Positions 55,801-64,000 of a stretch of DNA of 64,000 nt are shown here, piece after piece (positions within the stretch are counted from its first letter, which is position 1; each line of letters begins with the position of its first letter). Location of the stretch: contig NC_045705.1 in assembly GCF_009834535.1 (NCBI RefSeq), forward strand, positions 63,798,001-63,862,000, written 5' to 3'. A program made the translations under genes and the position numbers. Origin of the DNA: Camelus ferus. Taxonomy: Eukaryota. A model generated the notes under the pieces. That model was not told where the DNA came from, searched no databases, and saw nothing but the letters and a program-made list of their open reading frames with translations.

Positions 55801-58800
55801 CACCACTCACCTTGCAGGGCGGTAACATCGTGGGGGCATCAATATCAAAGGCAATTGGAGGGGGTAACTCGTGGCCATCCTGCAGTAGGGAAATGAAAGT
55901 TGATAGTGTAAATCAGAGAAAAAGGGCTGGATGAGTAAAAAGATGAGGGACAGAGGTCAAATGTAAAAGAGAAATGGAAAGGATCCATGAAACCTGAGAG
56001 ATGCAAATTTTCTTTGGCTATAGGCATTTTTCTAGAAAAGAGAACTATAGTCTTTCTCAGATCCTCAAAGTCCTCTGTGTCCTAAAATTAGTGGTCATAC
56101 AAATACATGAGGCAAGACTTTGAGGGTAGGCGATACTATGTTCCTCAGAAGAGAATAAAAAAAGTTAGGGACTTACCAGGCGTAATAATTTGGGAAATCG
56201 TTCACGAATGGCGCTGTCAAGAACGGGACAGAAGTGAGTGATGTTTCAGAGCCACCGTGCCTCCTGGGCTGCTCTAGGAGCAAATACACCAATGCCCGAG
56301 GGACAGCCTATCCCATCCTGCTCATCCTCTCACTCTTCCCCAGCCTCTGAGCTCCACGAAAAATAGCCCCACTCCCCACCACACCCGGGGCACCCAGAAA
56401 TGTCTGCCTTGAAGGCCGACTCTCTCTTCTCTCTGCCTGACCCCGAGCGCCACAGGAGCAGCGCTCCCAGCCCAGGCTTTAAGCCAGGACTTCCTTCCCT
56501 CCCTGCCCCCCTTACCTTCCACCTACTCACCTGTGCAGCCCCGGGAAGAGGGAATGGGGTGGGAGCCCAGGGGCTCCGCTGCCTCAACAGGTATCCATCA
56601 CTTCTGCCAGGTCTGGCCGTGGCCAAGACCAGAACACACCACAGGGATGGCACAGGATGTTGGGGCAGGGAGACAAGCAAGGCAGGGTTCGGGAGGCAAG
56701 GGAGGGCAGGAAGACGAGAGGGAAGGAAAGGAGATGAGAAAGAGAGAAGAGGTAGGAGAGGAGGAGGCACAGGAGAGATGAGGGAGATGCAGGCGAGTAG
56801 AGAGAAAAAGGAAAGAGAAAGCAAAGAAAAGGCGAAAGCACTACAAGGCAAAGAGGCATTTAGAAGGAAGAGGGAGAACAAAGGGAAGAAGGCACCTGAC
56901 ACAGCCCTTCCTTTCGGCTGCCCTTTCCCCGTGCTCCAAGGCAGCGACAGGAAACATCCTTACTGTGGTGAGAGGGCAGTTGCTGCCGGCCAGGTCTGTC
57001 TGCTACCTGGGTCCCGATCTGAGCTGGGCGTGGGAAGCAAAGCAGCCATGGGGGCAGGAGACCTCCCTCAGAAGGGGTGAGGGTTCAGGCCCCTGCAAAG
57101 TTGGGGGGGTGAGGGTCTGTGCCCCACCTCTGTTGGCCCCCAAGTTCTCTCCTGATGGCCCCTCTGCGACTGTGCCTGTCTTAGGTTGTTCCTTCCCTGA
57201 GGAATCTTACCCGTCTCTGGCTAACCAGCCATCCTCCGGGGCCAAGCAGGGTGATGTGAGGTGTGCGAGTGAGGGAGGAGCAGCGCCCCCAGAGAGGGTC
57301 AGTTCTCTGTCTCCTTGGTAGCCTATGCCCCCATGGCCTCCACGCCCAGCACCTGCCTTGGGATTCCCTCGCCTACTGGCGGGGCCCCGGCTCTGGTCAC
57401 ATGTCTCAGGGAACCCAGGTTTTGGAGGGCCCAGCTCACAGCACTGGGTGAGAGAGACAGACTGCATGGCACCAGCCACCAGGAGGCCTCAACCTCAGCA
57501 CGGGCAGGAAAGCCTGGGCAACAGCCTTGGACAAGCAGACTGTGAGAAGAGAGCCCCTCTTGACAAAAGGACAAGCGGGGCCGTCATCGGACAGAGGAGG
57601 GAAGGCCCATCAGCATGAATTCCCAGGGAGGGAGGGCTTTCTCCGCCCCGTGGAACCAGGCTCTTGGCTCAAGGCAACTCCATGTATGGGGATACCCCTT
57701 AGCCATGGTAAAAAAGGGGAGATGCTCTTCTTGGAACAAAAGGGTTGGGAGATTCTAGAAAAGGCTGTGTTCAGGAAGGAAGGAAAAAGGCCACAGAACC
57801 AGCAACCAGGCAGTCAGGTGAGGAAAGAAAGGAGATGTGGGGCAAAGCTGGGTGACACGACAGACGAAAGGGAAGAGCACGTGATCCTCCCCAAGGACAG
57901 GTGGTTCCAGCTCAGGGCTGCACATCTCCTGCAGACGGGCACTGGTCAGGGTGCATCAGCTCAGCCTCCCAGGGGGTGAAGGTCCCCAGGAGGGGAGACA
58001 GAGGCTACAACTGACCTGATGTAGGTGGACTGGTCTCGGAAGGTGTCGCACAGGGTGTTTCCGTCGAGCCACAGCTCTTCCAGCTTCAGCCCTTTTATCT
58101 TGTCCAACTCCCGCTCGGACTTTAGCTGCCAAGGATGGGAGGAAAAGGCAGGAAAGAGACCCTGGTAAAGAGAGCCAGCAAGATCCCCACACCCCCAACC
58201 CCTGGCATCGTCTCTAAAATGCCCTCCCTTGTCTCTTGCCATCATCAGGCAAGCTCTCTCCACCCTCTGCCTGCCCCACTCCAAACACAACCAGGCTCCC
58301 AATCTCACCTCATTTCCAGAGAGATTCAGGATCTTTAGATTGGGTGCTTTCTGCACAATGCTGGACAGGTCATCCAGTCTGTACAGCTTGTTATTGCTCA
58401 AGTTTAAGGACAATAGCTGTGGGGAGAGAAGAGTTTAGAGGAAGCACCACCAGCAAGGGGATTAGAGACAACCCTGCCTCCCAACCCTTGGCTACCCACC
58501 CCACCCTGCTTCCCCTCCGAATGGGACAAAGGCCTCACCTCAGGGATGTTCTCTTCGATGATTCGCAGGGTTGCTGCCATACAACTTCGACGATTTAAGA
58601 CAACATCAATGTTCTGTGCCACCAAATCTTCAGGAAGGAAAGGAAGTCTGAGAGGGCCAGGCCAGCGTCAGTACCAAACCACCCTCAAACTCTCCTTGCC
58701 TGACAGAGCCCCCTCCTCTGCCTCCATCTATCTACATATTACTGCTACCGACAGTACCTGGGTCTGAACGGAGGGCCTTGAGGTCAAGTGCTTGTTGGGA

Positions 58801-61800
58801 GCCATCGTATCGTTTACTCATGATCAGCTGCAGAGGAAGAAAAAGGGTTCAGTGCTCACTGGGGTTGTGGGTGGGGGTGAGGGTGCGGAGTGGAGAGCTG
58901 GGAGGACCGGGGTGGAAGTACCCACTGCGGAGCCTGCCTCACCTTGAGCTGCTCTACTTGTTCTGGCTTCAGTTCGTTCTGCACACTGTGGGGCGGAGGA
59001 GAGGAGTTGATGATGATAGATATCTGCGGGGAAGACACACATGGGCAAGGGTGAACACTAGGGACGCCTGGACCCCAGGACAAAGACCCAGTCCATGCCC
59101 TGAGCACCAGTCCCCACCCCAGCCAAGCCAGGCCCTTTACACGCACCCTGCGGTTCTCCCGATCCAAAATCTTATAGTTGACAGCCTTTAATGCAGAGGC
59201 GGTACTGGCGTCCTCAACAAAAAACTGGGCCCGTGTGTTTTCATAGTGAAACTGCAAGAGGAGGAAACAGGAGCATTAGATTTGGAGCCCAGAGCCCCCC
59301 GCCCAGGTGGTACCTCTGCCTTCTGTGGTGCCCACTGGCTACTTGGGCCTTATCTTACCTCAATGGGAGTGAAAGGGACACTGCACTTGCTCTGAATCAT
59401 GTTCAAGAGCCATGACTTGTCGTATTTCCTGCCATAAGGAATCTGGACAAGAGAAAGAAGAGAAGCCAACAACATGTAACAAGGCTGAACAGCAGACCCA
59501 CCCTAGTGCTCCTTTAATATCACCTACCAAGCTTTAAAAGATTTTCTAAAGAAAGAATCAATTAAAGGATTTCTAGGCAAGCCAGACATGAATTCCTTAA
59601 ACTTCCTTTTTGTCCATTTATACTTACAATTCTTCGAAAGAATCAAATTATTTGATTCTAAAAGTTCCAAGATGTTATTTATAAACTGCTGCCCCTCAGA
59701 GAACTCAAGAGACCCACCTCCACACTCAACTTGAGTCAGATGGAGAGGAGACACCGGGCGGAGTTATTCCACTTCCCAACCACAGTTATCACATTCCCCT
59801 TTAGATGGCCTCCCCATACTGCCTGCCCCCTTCTTTTCTGAACCTACTCTTGGGTGTTCTAAGATACTGATTCTTACAAGAAAGAATGGATAGCTGACTG
59901 TGGAGACAACAGTTGAGAAGACAGATTTTGTAATGTGAAAAAAAATCACCTTCACTCTGAACCCAGGCCCCAAGCTCCCCTGCACCATCTGCCTTCCAAG
60001 ATACTCACTGTAATCTTTTATTTTTCAACTGATAAATTAGGACTTATTATATTTCAGAAATTCTGTACTTTTGTCCATTGAAATACACAAGAGAGTGAAA
60101 AGACAAGACTTAGACTGGGAGAAGATGTTGACAATACGTTTATCTAACAAAAGACTAGTATTCAAAATATCTTAAAAAAATAAAACAACTAACAAGTCAG
60201 CAAGAAAAAGACATGCCATAGAAAGCATATCTAAATGGACCAATAAGAATACACAGAGTGTTCTACATATCATTTGACACCTGGGAAATGCAAATCAGAG
60301 CCATTATTATATTTTACTGCATATGCCGCAGAACGCTAAAAATTAAAATGCATTGGCAAGGATGTGGATCAACTGGAACTTTGCTATATTGCTGTTGGGA
60401 GTGTATACTGGGGAACTGCTTGGCAGTATTGATCAAAGCTAAATATTTGCCTACCTTTGACCCAAAAGAGCATTTATTCAAGAGAAACAAGCACATGCAT
60501 CCACCAAAACACGTGCAAGAATGTTCACAGCAGCTTTATTTATAATAGCCCCAAATTACTCACTGTAATCTTAAACCAGTTCTTTGAGGTCCCGTCGAGG
60601 CTGGTGCCGGCCCCTCCCTTCTCTGGAGGAGCTCTATCACTCCGCACAGTGACGTGAATGCGGTCTCGATCATGCCAGCTTTCACCCCGACGGTTGGGTC
60701 GTGCGCTATAGGGGTTGCTGTGGGCAACGAGAGAATAAAACATTCATGAAGGTTAGGATGTCTTCTCAAAGACCTTCCTGTGCTGTTGTCACTCAAGACC
60801 ATAACTAAGACTGTTCAAACATTAAGCTAGTCCTGACATTTCTCCCTCTTCCAGGTGGGAAGAGAAATGACATGGACAGTAAGAGGGCTACATAAATGAA
60901 TGAGTCGCTACATTCAAACCAGACCAACTGGTTACTTACTATCGTACTCGGGGAGTATCCTGGGCGTCACTCATTGCCACGTCTCTGTCATCTTCCTCAA
61001 GGCGGGAAGACCGAATGCCAGAACCCCCTCGTCCAGACCTCCGGTTCCCCTCGCCATACTTCCACCGGAAAGGGCCCCGGCCTTTCTTTCTTCTTTGAGG
61101 GAAAGTAACTCGATCATAGTGCTCTGCGGTTGGAAACAGAACACAGATCAGAAAATACATCATTGGTTCAACTACCCTGCTTGGCAACCACAGTATCCTG
61201 CACCCTGAACTATCAGATGAGATACACAATCACTAGAGACGCTGCCTCCACGCAAACTCCCCTACCTGTCCAGAAACAGAATGCTCTCTGTGAGATGGCA
61301 GCATCAGGGAAAAATTATTAGAAAACTGTGTATAAGTCTTTAGAAAAATGAAGCAGAAACTGGAGGTACAGAGAGGAGAAGCAGAATGTGGAAGCATGAG
61401 TGTTACAAGTGTAACGGGACACAACTCAGACCCCCTAAAATCACCTGAAATCTGCTTTCTCTCAGCCTCCCAAATCTACTCAACCCCACTCAAAATTAGA
61501 TCACTGACACCCTGGAAAAACCAATCACAATGATTACATCATCTTTCAGTAAATAATACTTCTTTTGCCTGTCCAGTGCAAATGTCAGGGCTTCTTTTAA
61601 AAGTTTTGTTCTCTCCTCAAAAAACTAAAAATAGAACTATCATATGATCCACCAATTCCACTCCTGGTTATATATCCAGAGAAAATGAAAATACTAATTT
61701 AAAAACTTACATGCATCCCAATGTTCATAGCAATACTANNNNNNNNNNNNNNNNNNNNNNNNNNNNNNNNNNNNNNNNNNNNNNNNNNNNNNNNNNNNNN

Positions 61801-63542
61801 NNNNNNNNNNNNNNNNNNNNNNNNNNNNNNNNNNNNNNNNNNNNNNNNNNNNNNNNNNNNNNNNNNNNNNNNNNNNNNNNNNNNNNNGAGAATATTACAC
61901 TCAGTAAAATAAGTCAAAGACAAATACTGTACAATATCACTTGTATGTGGAATCTAAAAAATAAAACAAATGTACCTAACAAAACAGAAATTCACAGATA
62001 TAGAACACAAACTAGTGGTACCAGTAGAGAGTGGGAAGGGGGAGAAGGGCAAGCTAAAGTCATGGGATTAAGAGATAAAGACTATTAGTATAAAACAGAC
62101 AAGCAACAAGGATATATTGTACAGCACAGGGAATGAAACCCACTATTTTGTAGTAACTTTTTATGGTGTTTAATCTATAAAAATACTGAATCTCTATGCT
62201 TACACCTAAAACTAATATATTGTAAACCAACCTTACTTCAACTAAAAAAATAATTTAAAAAAAAGTCTTGTTCTCAAACTGCCACTCTGAAGTGAAGGTG
62301 GAAGTGTGAGTGATCCAAGTGTAACCAGACACAACCCTGACCCCCTGAAAGTCACCTGAAATCTGGTTTTTGTCGGCTCCCCCAAATCTACTTAACTCCG
62401 AGGTGACCTGCCTCATATCTCGGGAAACCAATCACAATGATTGCATTAACTTTCAGTAAAGAATAATAGCCTTTATACAGTACAAACATTAGTTACAAAT
62501 ATGACCAATTTAAGGTCTTTTAAAAGTCTTGTTCTCAAATTGCCACTCTGAAGTTTAGGGAGGGAGCTCTTTGTCTCCTTGGACAGAAATGCCTTTTAAC
62601 TCAAGAGTCAACTCCTGAATTCAGGTTCTAGTGGCAGCTAGGGTGCTTCACATGAAGGGTCCTCAAGTGCTCTCCAGGAATATGACCCTCTGAATCCTGG
62701 CACGTAGGAACGGCTTCTTAAAAAAGATCCATGACTTCCCCAAAAGGTCTGCCTAATGCGTAGTACTCTGCAAACAATGAACCTCAATAAAAAAATGAAT
62801 AGAAGGCACAGCTAACATTCACTGAGAACTTTCTCCAGTGCCAGGCACTATGCTCCAGACACTTGACACAAACGATCTTGTTTTAACATACACACACACA
62901 AACACACATACGGAGACAACCTTAGGAGATAGGAACTGCTTCTACCGTCATTAACGGAGTGGAAAATGAGGCCTAAGTGTTTAACTCACTCAAACTTGGC
63001 ATAGCCAACTCAGGATTGAAACCTTAGCTGTCCTGCTCATAACCACGACTCTGGATACATCGAGTTGGTGTGCAGATCTAAAATATTAAGCCAAAGCCGC
63101 GGGGGTGGGGGAGGGGGCAAGACCTGCTTGGACGCGCGGTAGAAAATAGGGCACAGGCAGCCCAAGAGCAGGGAACTGACTCACATTAAAGAGTTGGGCT
63201 GCCAAACTGAACTGACAGGCATCAACCACCCACAAAGTTCAAAGGAATCTCGTCACCCTCCCACCGAGCCACCCGCTCCGAGACGCAGATGCTCGCAACG
63301 CCACGATTCCGGAGTCAACAACTCGGGCGGTCACCCACCCTCGAGTTCAGCCAGGCCCCCGGGCTGCCTAGCCCCGGGCCCGCGCCGCGCCATCGCCGCT
63401 CCCCGCGGACACCGAGCCCCTCGCGGCCTCACGCCCCGGCGCTGCGGCCTAGGCCGGCGTTGCCCAGTCGGGCCCCAGATCGCCCCGCTCCCCGACCCGA
63501 GGGCCGACACTGACCGTTGTACGACTTCCCCTCGTCCGCCAT
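52846..63542 (-). CDS. NXF1: Nuclear RNA export factor 1 (TAP), 618 aa, 21 exons
   Basis: Exons: 63515-63542, 60940-61123, 60564-60717, 59359-59442, 59147-59251, 58943-59023, 58758-58827, 58539-58627, 58309-58416, 58016-58125, 56177-56213, 55811-55879, 55667-55722, 55428-55535, 55252-55310, 55027-55142, 54871-54913, 54233-54305, 53558-53740, 52993-53053, 52846-52884. Protein runs [10 protein letters not shown]...RRM, LRR ([12 protein letters not shown]), NTF2-like, UBA-like ...[10 protein letters not shown]. Confidence 0.98.
54490..54660. mobile_element. MIR in NXF1 intron 17
   Basis: ttttacaaataaagactcgggctcagaggtgacataaattgcccac...ctgactccaaagtc. Confidence 0.55.
57150..57240 (-). promoter_or_regulatory. 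Constitutive transport element (CTE) in NXF1 intron 10
   Basis: Minus strand reads GCCAGAGACGGGTAAGATTCC...AACCTAAGACAGGCACAG. GACGGGUAAGA (57205-57215) and AACCUAAGACAGG (57175-57187) are the two strand motifs of the MPMV/SRV CTE internal loop. Confidence 0.88.
57961..58015 (-). CDS. NXF1: Intron-10 read-through tail of the short NXF1 isoform ([18 protein letters not shown]), giving ~355 aa
   Basis: The exon 10 frame continues past the donor to TGA at 57961-57963; matches the recalled C-terminus of the intron-retaining isoform. Confidence 0.8.
60070..60555 (+). mobile_element. Old LINE-1 ORF2/3' fragment in NXF1 intron 3
   Basis: agactgggagaagat...gaaatgcaaatc...ggatgtggatcaactggaact...gaatgttcacagcagctttatttataatagcc. 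Confidence 0.7.
61614..62255 (+). mobile_element. 5'-truncated LINE-1 3' end in NXF1 intron 1 (antisense to NXF1)
   Basis: aaactaaaaatagaactatcatatgatcc...caaggatatattgtacagcacaggg...A-rich tail; ~15 bp target-site duplication AAAAGT(T/C)TTGTTCTC; TTTT/AAAA endonuclease-type site. Confidence 0.85.
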
Positions 63543-64000
63543 GGCACAGCGAGAAGCAGGGGCGGGCTCTGTCGCGGGGCGCGACACAGCCAAACGTCCG
63601 AACCCCTGACGACCCGGGCCGAAGTGTTCCTACTTTCAGCTCCACCGCATTTATGGGGCGAGCACGTCGCGCGCCGCCGACGTCCCACGGCGATAGGCGG
63701 AGCCGCTGGGCGATGCGCGTGCGCAGTCGACGAGCAGACGCGCTAGGGGCGGGACTTGGTGCAGCACGCCCCGCCCAGGACCTGAGCTCTGGAAGCCAAG
63801 GGTTCCCGCGGGTTCGCCCCGCTCCTGCTTTCATCCATCAGCCCTGCTAGGCCAGCACTTTCAGGGATCGTGCTGAAGCATAGAGCTGGTTGTTGCAGCA
63901 CAGGACTCGGAGAGGAACAGGGAAGAGGGGCCACGCGAAGGGCTTCCGAGGAATGGGAGAGTAGGGCCTCGGAGCGCGAGTGACAGCTCATAGACTCCTA
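63200..64000 (-). promoter_or_regulatory. NXF1 promoter CpG island
   Basis: CpG-dense around exon 1; NRF1-type TGCGCGTGCGCA at 63714-63725; GGGGCGGG box ~63746. Confidence 0.75.

Noticed and set aside
56330-57080. 226 aa (+) and 190 aa (-) ORFs in NXF1 intron 10
   Set aside because: Explained by the purine/pyrimidine-skewed low-complexity tract that lacks stop codons; the translations are low-complexity with no domain.
60714-60728. Palindrome GTTGCTGTGGGCAAC (X-box-like) at the NXF1 exon 3 acceptor
   Set aside because: Half of it is fixed by the acceptor and codons, the spacer is atypical, and a 5-bp stem is weak. Likely coincidental.
63194-63850. 218 aa (+) and 167 aa (-) ORFs at the NXF1 promoter
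   Set aside because: GC-rich CpG island with few stops; non-ATG or poor-context starts; Pro/Arg/Gly-rich translations.

Overview
Mammalian genomic window with eight intron-containing protein-coding genes in the order recalled for human 11q12.3: HNRNPUL2(-), TTC9C(+), ZBTB3(-), POLR2G(+), TAF6L(+), TMEM179B(+), TMEM223(-), NXF1(-). Exon boundaries were read by hand from GT/AG sites and reading phase, and all visible exons join in frame. Parts of HNRNPUL2 (exons 1, 2, 10, 12, 14) lie under N runs. Nine copies of a tRNA-Ala-like SINE suggest a camelid genome (inference). The clearest special element is a known one: the NXF1 autoregulatory module, i.e. retained intron 10 with a CTE and a short-isoform stop. 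Other observations worth checking: very tight poly(A)-site/promoter packing in TAF6L>TMEM179B><TMEM223<NXF1; a candidate L1-derived intronic poly(A) site just after NXF1 exon 3; SINE-donated poly(A) signals in the TTC9C 3'UTR; a broken ZBTB3 N-terminal extension; and an L1 inserted into an old ~260 bp tandem duplication in NXF1 intron 1. I found no convincing evidence of a wholly new biological system. Repeat family names and all human comparisons come from memory of consensus or reference sequences, not from searches, and repeat boundaries are approximate.
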